Numbered from the stretch's first letter, positions 38,184 to 49,154 are shown. The stretch: 64,000 bases of DNA from Candidatus Falkowbacteria bacterium RIFOXYD12_FULL_34_57 (GCA_001780285.1 MFGN01000034.1:10462-74461); one strand, 5' to 3'. Notes: generated from the sequence alone by a model not told the origin. Program-made: numbers and translations.

Positions 38184-40439
38184 ATGAATCATAAATTAGC
38201 CCAATTGTCGCTTTCCACTTCAAATAAAGCCGGTTCTACCGGTGATATTTTTGTTGCGCAACCAGACTCTACCAAAGAATCATTGGCTGGAAAATTATTT
38301 ATAATCGTCGAAATCAATTCCACTAAAATTGAAGGTTTAAAAATAATTAATTTTTTAATTGATAATATTAACCACAACTATTATCAAAACGAAAAAATAA
38401 TACTCAGGGAAAGAATATCAACACTTACCGTAGAGCATATTTTTGAGGCAGCTCTTGCCAAAATAAATAAAAATTTCTCTGAATATACACGAAACGAAAA
38501 AACAGATATAAAACTAAAGGATATTAATATTACTGTGGGAATTATTCATGAAAACGAAATTTACTTTACCAACAATGGAAAAAATAAAATATTTCTTATC
38601 TATAAATCCAAGGTACAAGAAACAAACGAAAAAGAATACCAAATATCAGAAATCGGCAAACAAAATGAAAATGATAAGAATCAATCTGCTTCACAAAAAT
38701 TATTCAGCAATGTCATTAGCGGGAAAATACCCCCAAATGGATTTTTTCTTTTTACCAATGAAGCCCTTCCTGAATATATCGGAAGTAATCAGTTAATAAA
38801 AATCATTACCACCCTCCCTCCCCAAGGAGCGGCCGAACAAATCAAACAAACCCTATTAAAAATAAACTCCTATGTTTCTTTTTCGGCAATTATTATACAA
38901 AGCATGCTGGGCAAAAAAACGGAAAGTCCTGTTTTGCCAAAAACAGAATCGGCGCAAAAATCAATAAATACCCTAAACAGAACCGAGGAACAGACAGAAA
39001 ACCTGCTAACACCATCGGGGGTAATAAATATTGGAAAATGGCTAAAGTTTCCACTGCAATTATTCAACAGGGTCCCCAAAAATCAAAATGTAATTATTAA
39101 AGATAAAATTTTTTCTAAAAAAAGAACATTTACAAAAACCAAGAAAGTTATAAACGCCATAAAAAATTTTTTTATTTATACTTTTGGGTTTTTAATATTC
39201 TTAACTAAAAATATTACCAACAAAGAAAAATTATCCGGAATAATCAAAAATTTTAACCAAAACGGCGGGCGGATAAAGTTGTGGATTATAAATTTAATAT
39301 ATGGCATTGTGGGGTTAAACAAAAAAAGTAAAATATTCTTAATCCTCTCTTTGATATTTTTGATTTTATTTATATTTAATCTTTCCCGTATAAAAATCGG
39401 CCAAAACAAACAAGAAGAAAAAGAAAAATACAACCAATTAACCTCTCTCATTGAACAAAAGCAAAATCAAGCCGAAGCCAACCTTCTTTATAACAATGAG
39501 GGTGGGGCTAAAAAATTATTTGATGAAATAGACAGGCTAATTAATGAGTTTCCAAACGAAACAGAAGAACAGCAAAAAAAACACAATGAATTTAGAGAAA
39601 AATTTGATTCACAAATGGAAAAAATAAGAAAAATAACCAAAATTGAAAATCCGGAAATAGTAGCTAACCTCAAAAACCTAACCAGTGCCGCCAATCCTAA
39701 AAATATCATATTAACAAAAGGTTTGAATAAAATATTCTCCGGAGATTCTGTGCAAAAATCTGTATATATGCTGGATATTGCCAGTAAAATTATTACAACC
39801 ATTACCAATTTAGAATATCCGATTGAAACACTTGAAACCGCCGCTATCTATGATAATGATATTTACTATCTAAACAACAGCAATATTGTAAAATTAGACA
39901 CTGAAAAGGAACAACTTAAAACCATGGATATTGCACTTTCGGGCAAAAAAACAGTCGCCATGAGCACCTACAACAACCGGCTATATTGTTTGAGTCCGGA
40001 AAACAACCAAATTTATAGATACAAAAATAACGGCTCTGTGTTTAATGAACAATATGCTTGGATTTTGGAAAAAACGGACCTAAATAGCGCCGTAGACCTG
40101 TCAATTGACGGATATATATATGTACTCAAGAATAACGGTGAAATAATTAAATTATTAAAAGGGCAAATAAGCGCCACCTTGAATGCTAATTCTATTGTTG
40201 ACCCTCCAATGGAAAATGTAACCAAACTATTCGTCTCCCCCGAACTGAAATATATTTATGTTTTAGAACCCATAAACAGGAGATTGATCCTCTTTGATAA
40301 AACAGGGAAATTCCTGATGCAATATTTACTTCCTAACGCATCGGATTTAAAGGATTTTGCGGTAGATGAAAAAAATAAAATCATTTATTTCTTAGATAAC
40401 GCCTCAATATATAAAATAGGGGCAACACATTTTGAATAA
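38184..40439 (+). CDS. Large membrane protein (degenerate PP2C-like N-terminus, beta-propeller-like C-terminus)
   Basis: 751-aa ORF with central TM and repeats such as LSIDGYIYVL and YIYVLEP.NRR....DK.G. Confidence 0.75.
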   Translation: MNHKLAQLSLSTSNKAGSTGDIFVAQPDSTKESLAGKLFIIVEINSTKIEGLKIINFLIDNINHNYYQNEKIILRERISTLTVEHIFEAALAKINKNFSEYTRNEKTDIKLKDINITVGIIHENEIYFTNNGKNKIFLIYKSKVQETNEKEYQISEIGKQNENDKNQSASQKLFSNVISGKIPPNGFFLFTNEALPEYIGSNQLIKIITTLPPQGAAEQIKQTLLKINSYVSFSAIIIQSMLGKKTESPVLPKTESAQKSINTLNRTEEQTENLLTPSGVINIGKWLKFPLQLFNRVPKNQNVIIKDKIFSKKRTFTKTKKVINAIKNFFIYTFGFLIFLTKNITNKEKLSGIIKNFNQNGGRIKLWIINLIYGIVGLNKKSKIFLILSLIFLILFIFNLSRIKIGQNKQEEKEKYNQLTSLIEQKQNQAEANLLYNNEGGAKKLFDEIDRLINEFPNETEEQQKKHNEFREKFDSQMEKIRKITKIENPEIVANLKNLTSAANPKNIILTKGLNKIFSGDSVQKSVYMLDIASKIITTITNLEYPIETLETAAIYDNDIYYLNNSNIVKLDTEKEQLKTMDIALSGKKTVAMSTYNNRLYCLSPENNQIYRYKNNGSVFNEQYAWILEKTDLNSAVDLSIDGYIYVLKNNGEIIKLLKGQISATLNANSIVDPPMENVTKLFVSPELKYIYVLEPINRRLILFDKTGKFLMQYLLPNASDLKDFAVDEKNKIIYFLDNASIYKIGATHFE

Positions 40440-40524
40440 AGAAGGCTGCCAAAAAATAAATCCTATACAATAAAAAAGAATTACACAGTTTAATGTAATT
40501 CTTTTTTATATGTTGGAAAATGTA

Positions 40525-40959
40525 TTATTTCAAAGTAACCTTTGCTCCTGCTTCTTCTAATTGTTTTTTAATTGCTTCAGCCTCTTCTTTTTTTACGCCC
40601 TCTTTTACTATTTTTGGAGCAGCGTCTACTAAATCTTTGGCATCCTTAAGTCCCATGTCGGTAATAGCTCGAACGGCCTTGATTACCTGGATTTTATTAG
40701 CACCGGCTTCGGTAATTTCGATATCAAATTCGGTTTTCTCTTCTGCTGCCTCTCCTGCTGCTGCTGGAGCTCCTCCTGCCATCATCATGGTTGGGGCTGC
40801 TGCGGATACGCCGAATTTTTTCTCTAAAATTTTTACCAACTCAGCTAAATCCAAAACTGACATTTTTTCAATTTCCTCTACGAGGGATTTGAATTTTGCC
40901 GGAACCTCTACGGTTTTTTCTTCAGTAGTTTCCTCTACTGTTGTTTTTTCTTCTGTCAT
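40525..40959 (-). CDS. rplL: 50S ribosomal protein L7/L12
   Basis: [23 protein letters not shown] and GLKDAKDLV motifs. Confidence 0.98.
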   Translation of the reverse strand: MTEEKTTVEETTEEKTVEVPAKFKSLVEEIEKMSVLDLAELVKILEKKFGVSAAAPTMMMAGGAPAAAGEAAEEKTEFDIEITEAGANKIQVIKAVRAITDMGLKDAKDLVDAAPKIVKEGVKKEEAEAIKKQLEEAGAKVTLK

Positions 40960-41049
40960 ATAATTTTATAAATTTTAATTATTTTTAAATTAATTTATTA
41001 ATTTTTTACTTTAAATTTTGTGGATTTTTGACTTGTGCACAAACCCTAT

Positions 41050-41577
41050 TTAGGCTTTTTTCTCCTCTATGGCCTTAAGTACATTTACCAGCCCCCTAAT
41101 ATTTCCGGCTAAAACATTTACAAATCCGGATATTGGGGCATTGAGCGATCCCACCACCTTGGCATACAATTCTTGCTTGCTTGGTAATTTTGCTAAAGCT
41201 AAAACCTCTTCCTTGGAAAGAAATTTACCCTCCAGTATCCCCCCTAAAAAGCTCACTTTCTCTTCTCGACCCTTAATAAAACCGTTCACTATCTTTGCGG
41301 GAGCAACTTCGTCTTCATAACCGAAAACAGCGGCCACCCTTCCGTCCATATCCTTAATGTTCAAATTTTTAATTTTTTCATTTTTAAAAGCTATATCCAT
41401 TAATGTTTTCTTGGCTACCATGTATTCGCTATTTTCCTCTTTCAGTTTATTTCTTAATTCTTCATTTTCTTTTACGCCCAATTTATCAAATTGCGTAAAG
41501 ACGATTGATTTAGATTTCTCAATTTTTGCGGCCAGATCCCTAAGGATTTCACCTTTTTGTAATTTAGTTTTTGGCAT
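41050..41577 (-). CDS. rplJ: 50S ribosomal protein L10
   Basis: VAKKTL, GGILEG and LAKLPSKQEL motifs; directly upstream of rplL. Confidence 0.97.
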   Translation of the reverse strand: MPKTKLQKGEILRDLAAKIEKSKSIVFTQFDKLGVKENEELRNKLKEENSEYMVAKKTLMDIAFKNEKIKNLNIKDMDGRVAAVFGYEDEVAPAKIVNGFIKGREEKVSFLGGILEGKFLSKEEVLALAKLPSKQELYAKVVGSLNAPISGFVNVLAGNIRGLVNVLKAIEEKKA

Positions 41578-41654
41578 ACTATTTTATATTTAATCTTTTA
41601 TAATAATTCGCATGTGCCCCATCCGCCAGAGCAGCGGGGATTTCCAGATAGGAA

Positions 41655-41755
41655 ACAAAAAATCTGCGAAAAATCGCAGATACAGTAAATACATGTAAAA
41701 TGTATAAATTTGTCTAGGCAGGTCTTAATTATATGCCCGCTGTCTGCGACTTTTA
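41655..41755 (-). promoter_or_regulatory. L10 leader autoregulatory RNA
   Basis: Minus strand reads AGACAGCGGG...TAAGACCTGCCTAGAC, followed by an ATCTGCGA/TCGCAGAT hairpin plus U-run; promoter -35 at 41796-41791. Confidence 0.75.
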
Positions 41756-41871
41756 TTAAGTTGTTTACAGTATATCATAATAAAAAAAAATGTCAAGCAT
41801 TTGACAGATTTAATAATTCATGATAATCTTTTTCAATATTTTATACACGAACATTAATAAAGGAGATAAAA

Positions 41872-42150
41872 ATGATTCTCAATATTTTAGAAAAAATATT
41901 AATATTCTTTAATTACATTTTTTTCTCAATTATCTGGTTACTACATAAAATAGCTAAAATAATTGAATTTATTGTCTGTATAGTACTTTTCTTGGCGATT
42001 TGGGAAAGTATCGGCATGTTAACCCAACCCTATCAGGGAATAATATTAAATATATTAATATTCGGTTCTGCTTTTTCTTTTATAAGTCTTTTTTCTTTAA
42101 TGATCTGGAAAAAAGAAAAATTCAATAAAATAATTCATAAATTCTTTTAA
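41872..42150 (+). CDS. Small membrane protein
   Basis: AAGGAG SD, TTGACA at 41801 and hydrophobic helices. Confidence 0.6.
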   Translation: MILNILEKILIFFNYIFFSIIWLLHKIAKIIEFIVCIVLFLAIWESIGMLTQPYQGIILNILIFGSAFSFISLFSLMIWKKEKFNKIIHKFF

Positions 42151-42192
42151 AAAGCATAAACAAATAAAATTCCATCAAAATAATGGAATTTT

Positions 42193-44004
42193 TTATTTTA
42201 ATTTTATTATTTTATACAAGGTAAAATCTTCTGTTATTTTCTGCACTTTTTCAATACCAAGTCCCGCCTCTCCAAGTCTGCGGGCATTCAAATAATCAAT
42301 ATCTTTTTGCGGTAAAGTAAAATTATAATAATAAACCGGCAAAAATTCCGCTAAATTCGCATACTGGGCTATCATATTTTTATCATTAAAAAGGCCGACA
42401 ATCACCTTTCGCTCCGGAAAAAACATTTTATCATGATAAAATGTAATAATTGCCGAATTATGTTCTGTTAAACTCAAAACCTTTTCAATGCTACCGCGCA
42501 CATCTTTATGTCTCATCCCCAAATACAAAAGTCCATCTTCTGATTTAATGAGTACAAATTGTAAATACATCAAACAAACCACCCCCACAATAACAATTCT
42601 TAGTGCATAAATATAAAATGTTTTTTTTGGCCCCCTTGTTTGAACACCGCTAAAACGCTTTATGGCGGCCGCAACGACTCGAACAAGAGACATGGAAAAC
42701 CGCATAATTAAAAAGCTTGTAAATGGGATAGCACTAAAATAAACGGGAAGCCAATATCGCGCATAAGAATTGCCGATCGTATAACTATTCGGATCTGGAT
42801 TATCATGAAAAATCCAACTGCCATAATACAAAACTAAAATAGCGGAAATACAAGCCGTAAAAATTACATATGTTATATATCTCATTTTCCATTTTTTCTT
42901 TTTGGTGAAAAACAAAATAAACCCCACACAAGCCCCCCAAAACAAATATGGAAACATTCTAACAAAATAACGATTCAGCATTTCAAGACTCTGGCGCGGA
43001 CTAAATCCAAAATAAAATATATTATCCTTGATAATGTTAAACAAGTCTTTATAATAAACAAAATCCCCCCTGCTGCTGCTTTTTATAATATCCGAACCGG
43101 CATTGGAAATATTTACTATTGATTTATTCATCTCTGAATATCCCCCAAAAAAATAAGAACCATACAAGTCCTGATTGAATCTTATTGCCGGAAGTATTGC
43201 AAAAAACAAAAATAAAATAAAAAATAAAATACGCACTATATCTATCCTGCGAATATTAAAAATAAATAAAATAAATATTCCGGGTGCAAGCCATAAAATT
43301 TCAGAAGTGCGAGTAATAATTGTTAAACCAAAAAATAAACCCGCCAAACATGAGCATAGCCAGTATGGCCAAATGATTTTAAGGAATGATTTGATCTTTA
43401 AATTTTTTTTATTTATCTTCCCGCTCGCCGCCACCATAAAATACAGGGAAATAATTAAAAGAGAAACAAAGAGTACATTATGAAACATGCTTCGCGCCGC
43501 ATAATAAACAAAAGGCGGAAAAGTGGCCATTAAAAATGCGGAAATCAGAGCATTTCGAGCGCCAAATATTTTCTTGATTAAAAGATAAAAAAATATTATT
43601 CCCAGGGCGCCAAAAAACGGGGTTAAAAAAGGAATGGTGTTGCAGCCTATAATTTTAGCAACTCCACCAAAAATTAAAATAATACCCAAAAAACTTACCG
43701 GTTTTAGTATTTCGCCATCGGCTCGAAAACTACGCGGATGCATAATGCTCTCTGTATATAAATTATATTTTTCCGTAATGGTTAATTTGCTTGATTGCGC
43801 ATAGAGCTTGGTAAAAATATAATTTGCAGTTTCATCTGGTGATGTCCATTTTATAAAACCATCGCTTTGCGCCAAAAAATAAAAACTGCTGGTTCCCAGA
43901 AAAAAAACAAATGCCAACAGGCAAACAATAAAAAAACACTTATTTTTTTGAATAAATTTAAATAATTTTTTATTCTTGAATAATAATCTGCCCAATAAAA
44001 TCAT
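42193..44004 (-). CDS. GT-C (PMT/ArnT-like) membrane glycosyltransferase
   Basis: SPDE after TM1, many TM helices and an RYWLP motif. Confidence 0.8.
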   Translation of the reverse strand: MILLGRLLFKNKKLFKFIQKNKCFFIVCLLAFVFFLGTSSFYFLAQSDGFIKWTSPDETANYIFTKLYAQSSKLTITEKYNLYTESIMHPRSFRADGEILKPVSFLGIILIFGGVAKIIGCNTIPFLTPFFGALGIIFFYLLIKKIFGARNALISAFLMATFPPFVYYAARSMFHNVLFVSLLIISLYFMVAASGKINKKNLKIKSFLKIIWPYWLCSCLAGLFFGLTIITRTSEILWLAPGIFILFIFNIRRIDIVRILFFILFLFFAILPAIRFNQDLYGSYFFGGYSEMNKSIVNISNAGSDIIKSSSRGDFVYYKDLFNIIKDNIFYFGFSPRQSLEMLNRYFVRMFPYLFWGACVGFILFFTKKKKWKMRYITYVIFTACISAILVLYYGSWIFHDNPDPNSYTIGNSYARYWLPVYFSAIPFTSFLIMRFSMSLVRVVAAAIKRFSGVQTRGPKKTFYIYALRIVIVGVVCLMYLQFVLIKSEDGLLYLGMRHKDVRGSIEKVLSLTEHNSAIITFYHDKMFFPERKVIVGLFNDKNMIAQYANLAEFLPVYYYNFTLPQKDIDYLNARRLGEAGLGIEKVQKITEDFTLYKIIKLK

Positions 44005-44052
44005 AATTTATAGAAAAATTAAAGATATTGCATCCTTGTTTCTTACACCTTT

Positions 44053-45180
44053 TTAAAAATTTTGAAAGATTTTTAAATATTCTCTAAATGTCTTATCCCA
44101 GGAAAACCGGCTTATAATATCCAATCCCCTATCAATCAATTTTTTTTGTAAATCCACATCTTTTAATACAGCTTCCATGGCTAAGGCTATTTCATTAATA
44201 TTATAAGGATTCACAAGCACCGCCCCGTCACGCACTACTTCCGTCAAGCTAGAAGAATTGCTGGTAATAACCGGAGTGCCGCAAGCCAGAGCTTCTAATG
44301 GCGGAAAGCCAAAGCCTTCATAAAAAGACGGAAACACAAATAGGGACGCTAGATTATACAGACACACTTTATCACATTCTGAAACATAATCCAAAAACTG
44401 AATCCTGTTTTTATTTTTTGCTTTTTCAAAGGTTCTAAATATTTTTTCATATCTCCATCCTTTTCCCCCGGCAATTACCAATGAATAATTTAAATCTTTT
44501 AACAGATCAAAAGCCTCAATCAAACCTTCAATATTTTTACGCGGTTCCAAATTACCAAGATACAAAATAAACTTATCGGGCAATTTATACTTTTCCTTTA
44601 TGGCCTTTAATTTATCTCGTTCATTAATAACTCTAAACTTCTTATCAACACCGGAATAAATCACTTTTACCATCTTTTCATCAATATTGCAAAATTCCAC
44701 AATATCCCGTTTTGTATTTTCACTCACAGCAACAATCACATCAAACTCTTTTAGTGTTTTTTTAATATTTAAAAACCAATGCCAAATATTTTTTCTAACA
44801 GAAAAAAATTCTTTATATCGAACAAAAGACAGGTCGTGAATGGTTATTATTTTTTTACATTTTTCAGAAAAAGACGCAAAATTTAAATGAGGCATAAAAA
44901 AAAGATCAACATCTAACAATTGATCAAGCTTGGGCTGCCCCGCTCCCTTTTGCATAATATAATTGAATACTTTATTTGGGTATCCCGTGTTTACCACCTC
45001 AACATTTTCATATTTAAATTCAGGAAGCCTGCCGCTAATATTCTCAAATGAATTATAATATAATTTATAAGTATTTTTCTTGTCTAATTTCAAAATCCCC
45101 CGAACCAAATTTAAGGCGTATAGTGATACTCCGCTATACTGACAATCCATAAGTGATCTAATATCTATTCCAATCTTCAT
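44053..45180 (-). CDS. Glycosyltransferase family 4
   Basis: MKIGID, TIHDL, LEPRKN and YEGFGFPPLEA motifs. Confidence 0.93.
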   Translation of the reverse strand: MKIGIDIRSLMDCQYSGVSLYALNLVRGILKLDKKNTYKLYYNSFENISGRLPEFKYENVEVVNTGYPNKVFNYIMQKGAGQPKLDQLLDVDLFFMPHLNFASFSEKCKKIITIHDLSFVRYKEFFSVRKNIWHWFLNIKKTLKEFDVIVAVSENTKRDIVEFCNIDEKMVKVIYSGVDKKFRVINERDKLKAIKEKYKLPDKFILYLGNLEPRKNIEGLIEAFDLLKDLNYSLVIAGGKGWRYEKIFRTFEKAKNKNRIQFLDYVSECDKVCLYNLASLFVFPSFYEGFGFPPLEALACGTPVITSNSSSLTEVVRDGAVLVNPYNINEIALAMEAVLKDVDLQKKLIDRGLDIISRFSWDKTFREYLKIFQNF

Positions 45181-46294
45181 AATTTCCACATTTGTCATTA
45201 AATTTTTTATATTCCTCCTCTATGGTTTCTTTGATTTGTTTTATAAAATTTTCTTCTGAGAATTTTTTAGCATGCTGCCTGATTTTTTGCGAATCAAAAC
45301 TTATGCCATTCAAACGCTTAATTGCCTCATTTAAATCATTTTTATTTGATTTTTTAAAAAAAACTCCAGTCTCTCCGTCAACAATGCTTTCAAGAGATCC
45401 GCCCTCACCCAATGCAATCACGGGCCTGCCGGATGCCATAGCCTCTACTGGGGTGATGCCAAAATCTTCCAATTGCGGGTTAATAAATGCTCTGCACTTA
45501 CTATATAATTCACTTTTTTCTTTATCTGTTACCCTTCCCAAAAATTCAATATTTTTTGCCTCTCCAGCAATCGCTTGCAGCCTCTCTCTGTCGATGCCGT
45601 CGCCAAAAATCTTAAGCGGAAGGCCGTTTTCCAAGAATGCTTCTATCATTATGTCTATTTTTTTATACGGCACTAATCTGCACCCCGCCAAATAATAATC
45701 TTCTTGCTTTTCACTAACATAAAAATCATTCATGTTCACAGAGGGATATATAATCTTAGCATCGCGTTTATAATATTTTTTAAGTCTTCTAAGCGATGTT
45801 TTAGAATTAGTTAAATAATAATCAACCCTATCCGCCGCCAACTTATCCCATATCCGTACATAATTCAAGGCAAGTGATATCACTTTTTTAAAATATTTAT
45901 TGTATTTTAAATCATTTATATATTGATGCGTATCGCTCCATAGATATCTGGTCGGGGTGTGGCAATAACATATATGCAGAGTATTGGGGGATGTAATCAC
46001 GCCCTTAGCAAAAGAACTCGTAGAAGATAAAACCACATCAAATTCTCTCAAATCAAAAAATTCAATGGCCATAGGCATAACAGGCATAAACCATCTATAA
46101 TGACTTATTCCCCCAGGGATTTTTTGAATAATAGATGGTCTAATGCTGCGACCGGGAAAATTCTTGTCTGTTTTATTTTTTTCATAAGTCAGGGTAAAGA
46201 TGGGCGCCTTGGGAAAAATTCTAGAAAAAACCTCCAAAACCTTCTCTGCTCCCCCCTCTTGACATAAATGATCATGAATCAAAGCAACTTTCAT
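45158..46294 (-). CDS. Glycosyltransferase family 4
   Basis: HDHL...GGAE, YCHTPTRYLW, RLVPYK and EDFGITPVEAMASG motifs. Confidence 0.93.
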   Translation of the reverse strand: MKVALIHDHLCQEGGAEKVLEVFSRIFPKAPIFTLTYEKNKTDKNFPGRSIRPSIIQKIPGGISHYRWFMPVMPMAIEFFDLREFDVVLSSTSSFAKGVITSPNTLHICYCHTPTRYLWSDTHQYINDLKYNKYFKKVISLALNYVRIWDKLAADRVDYYLTNSKTSLRRLKKYYKRDAKIIYPSVNMNDFYVSEKQEDYYLAGCRLVPYKKIDIMIEAFLENGLPLKIFGDGIDRERLQAIAGEAKNIEFLGRVTDKEKSELYSKCRAFINPQLEDFGITPVEAMASGRPVIALGEGGSLESIVDGETGVFFKKSNKNDLNEAIKRLNGISFDSQKIRQHAKKFSEENFIKQIKETIEEEYKKFNDKCGNYEDWNRY

Positions 46295-46403
46295 AATTTA
46301 ATATTAAATATTAAGCAAAAAATATACCTTCGACTTTTCAGTTAAATAATTAAAATAACAAATAACTGATCCGCCTGGGGCGGAATAGACTTTTAACTTT
46401 ATC

Positions 46404-47840
46404 CTATTCCACCTTTCTCTTCTTTAAAACAGCTAATGGCGTTCTAAGTAATATTGTTAAATCAAGTATCAACGACCAATTTTCTATGTAATATGTATCA
46501 AGCTTAACTTCTTCTTCAAATGTTAAATCGCTTCTTCCAGAAATCTGCGCCAACCCCGTAATACCTGGTTTGATAGTTAAAACTTTTTTATGATGACTTT
46601 CATATTTAGCAGTCTCCAATGTCATATGCGGACGAGGACCGACAAGGCTAATATCTCCCTTTAAAACATTAAATAATTGGGGTAGCTCATCAATGCTCCA
46701 CCTGCGGATAAATCTGCCGAATCTAGTAATACGCGGATCATCTTTTATCTTGTGTAGTGGGTCATCCTTTCTGGTATTAGCGCTTTTGTCAGCCGATAAT
46801 TGCTCCAACATCTTATTTCCCTCTCTGGTGGCGCTTGGTCCTTCCCCGTCGCACAAATGCGCACTCATTGAACGAAACTTATAAAATAAAAATCTTTTAT
46901 TGTGTTGTCCAGATCGATAATCCAAATAAAAAATAGACCCTCTTGAATCTAATTTTATTATTATGGCCGTAATCAGCAAAATCGGGATCAAAACGATAAT
47001 CAAAACTACAGAACTTACAATATCAAAGAATCTTTTTATAATCCTTCCCCATCCATCCAAGGGTGTTTTTTTTACCTCAACTATGGGAATTCCTATTATT
47101 TGCAACACCTCTGTCTTTAATACCTTGGTGTCTAGTAAATCTGCCGCGTACTTGAATGTTAAATGATTTTCATCGGCAAAATCAAAAAGGCGAAGATTTT
47201 CAGCCCTGCTTAAATTGGGGTCGCTCTGAATCACTTCATCCGCCTCCTTATTTTTCAAAAACTCACCAAGTTCATTCGCTGAATCAATGCCGAAATCTCT
47301 AAATCTTTTAACAACTTCATATCCGGCGTTTTTATTGTAGGAAAATTCATGGATCAGGGCGTCTGCCGTCCTACTATCTCCCACTAGAACTATTTTATGC
47401 ACGCCGATACCCATTTTAAATAAACTCCTTTGTACCACCCTTACTATTCCCCTAGCTAAATTAATATAAATAATAGCAAGCACCCATCCGGCCAAAACAA
47501 TAAAGCGGGAATCAAATAGTTCTCGGCTAATAAATATCCAAACTACAATAAGCATGAATCCGGCGGAACAAGCTAAGCTAACGCGATATATTTCGCTGAC
47601 AAATTTTCTTGCCCCCCTGATATTATAAAGTCCGGCAAAAGCAAAGATAATAATCCACAAAAGGGCAATGAGCAACAGCGCCTTCGTGTAACCCGCAAAC
47701 CGCAAATCAAAAGTAACCGGTCGAAGCTTTTGAAAAAAATCAGCATAACGGATAGAATATGCTGTAATTCCGGCTAAGATAATCATTAAATAATCTACCG
47801 GCAATAATAAAAATGAAAAAAATAACTCACTGCGTTTCAT
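46404..47840 (-). CDS. Polyprenyl-phosphate sugar phosphotransferase (WcaJ/WbaP family)
   Basis: KRFFD, KFRSM, DPRIT, DELPQLFNVLKGDISLVGPRP and KPGITGLAQ motifs. Confidence 0.93.
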   Translation of the reverse strand: MKRSELFFSFLLLPVDYLMIILAGITAYSIRYADFFQKLRPVTFDLRFAGYTKALLLIALLWIIIFAFAGLYNIRGARKFVSEIYRVSLACSAGFMLIVVWIFISRELFDSRFIVLAGWVLAIIYINLARGIVRVVQRSLFKMGIGVHKIVLVGDSRTADALIHEFSYNKNAGYEVVKRFRDFGIDSANELGEFLKNKEADEVIQSDPNLSRAENLRLFDFADENHLTFKYAADLLDTKVLKTEVLQIIGIPIVEVKKTPLDGWGRIIKRFFDIVSSVVLIIVLIPILLITAIIIKLDSRGSIFYLDYRSGQHNKRFLFYKFRSMSAHLCDGEGPSATREGNKMLEQLSADKSANTRKDDPLHKIKDDPRITRFGRFIRRWSIDELPQLFNVLKGDISLVGPRPHMTLETAKYESHHKKVLTIKPGITGLAQISGRSDLTFEEEVKLDTYYIENWSLILDLTILLRTPLAVLKKRKVE

Positions 47841-47854
47841 GATGTGTGTGCACA

Positions 47855-47997
47855 CTAGTTAAAAGTTGAAAGTTTATAAAGTCTAAAGTCTGTAATCGCT
47901 ACGCGATATTTTAATCAATTGCCGCGCTGTGCCCGCCGAATTGAAGAGAAGCGGCATCCACAACTTTCGACTTTTAACTTTATAAACTTTACACTAG
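47855..47997. repeat. Heptamer-arm inverted element (AAAGTNN family)
   Basis: CTAG-(AAAGTNN)n-AATCGCTACGCGAT...(ACTTT)n-CTAG. Confidence 0.8.
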
Positions 47998-48021
47998 ACA
48001 TAGCTTCGCTATGTCCTTTAA

Positions 48022-48410
48022 TATCAAGGCAAGCTATAAGCCGGATTCTGTATCCCTTGCGGAACGATAGTTATTTATCTTGGCTTGGTGTTGCCGCCAA
48101 GCTCATGCGAACCACTTTTCATCACCCCTTGAAAGAGATGGTTTGTTCTTGCTCCAGGCAGGGTTTACCACGAACTGTTGTCGCCAACAGCCGAGAATTG
48201 TAGCCTTTCATCTCGAGAACGAAAAACCTCAATTCACTTTTCACCTTTGGCCAGCACAATGCACTGGTTAGTATAGTCTCTGCGGCACTTTCCCTAAGAT
48301 TGCTCTTGGTGGGCGTTACCCACTACCACTTTGTTAATAAAAATTAACAGGAGTCCGGACTTTCCTCTTCTAATCTAAAAATTAAAAGCAACTATCCGCT
48401 TACCTTGATA
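48022..48410 (-). ncRNA. rnpB: RNase P RNA
   Basis: Minus strand has GAGGAAAGTCCGG near the 5' end and ACAGAATCCGGCTTA near the 3' end; termini ATCAAGG/CCTTGAT pair as P1. Confidence 0.96.
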
Positions 48411-48434
48411 TTAATAGACGTAAATTAATTATAT

Positions 48435-48580
48435 CTAGTGTAAAGTTTATAAAGTCGAAAGTCATCCGCTCGAGGCGGATCAGCCAAAAAATTAATTAGA
48501 TATTAGACGGCTGAAAAGTTTGGAAAAATTTCTTTTTTTATCTCATAAACTTTCAACTTTATAAACTTTCAAATTTTTAC
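48435..48580. repeat. Heptamer-arm inverted element (AAAGTNN family)
   Basis: CTAGTGTAAAGTTTATAAAGTCGAAAGT-ATCCGCTCGAGGCGGAT...ACTTTCAACTTTATAAACTTT. Confidence 0.75.
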
Positions 48581-48763
48581 TGGCCGATAGGGCTATAATA
48601 ACATAATCCCATCTTAAAAGTCAATTAAATTTCATAAACAAAGAATAAGATAGAATTAACATAAAAATATTTTTTTGTCAATAATTTTTTAAAAAATAAA
48701 AAAATAAAAAAATTTACTAAATTTTTTATTTTAAATTAGCTAAAAAATTAACAAGCAAAAGAC

Positions 48764-48792
48764 TTGACAAGTTTTTAAAAATATGATATATT
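48764..48792 (+). promoter_or_regulatory. Sigma70-type promoter with no downstream CDS
   Basis: TTGACA-17-TATATT with TG. Confidence 0.7.
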
Positions 48793-49154
48793 AATATAAT
48801 ATCATATAGCGGGGGCGATGGGTCGATTATTCGGCTCACTCGCCCCCGAATAAAAAAACTCAAGATCTTCTCCTCTTTAGAATAGATAAACAAAGTCTAA
48901 ACAACAAACAGAAGATTTTACATATCAAATTAATTTGCTTTAGAAGCAACTAAAAAAGCTATTCCAATTTCCCTAGGAGTAGCTTTTTGGTTCTAGCCCG
49001 CCGACAGTCAAGAATTCTAAGTCGAACTAAAGAATGATTCAAAAAATATTCAAAATAAAAAAGACAGCTTGTTTCAAACTGTCTTTTTTATTATTTTATT
49101 TGCTCTTTCTTATCGGATAAACCACATCGGCACATCCTCTTCCTTATTGATTAT

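Noticed and set aside
47919..48271. Plus-strand ORFs of 94 and 63 aa
   Set aside because: They overlap the RNase P RNA and a repeat element.
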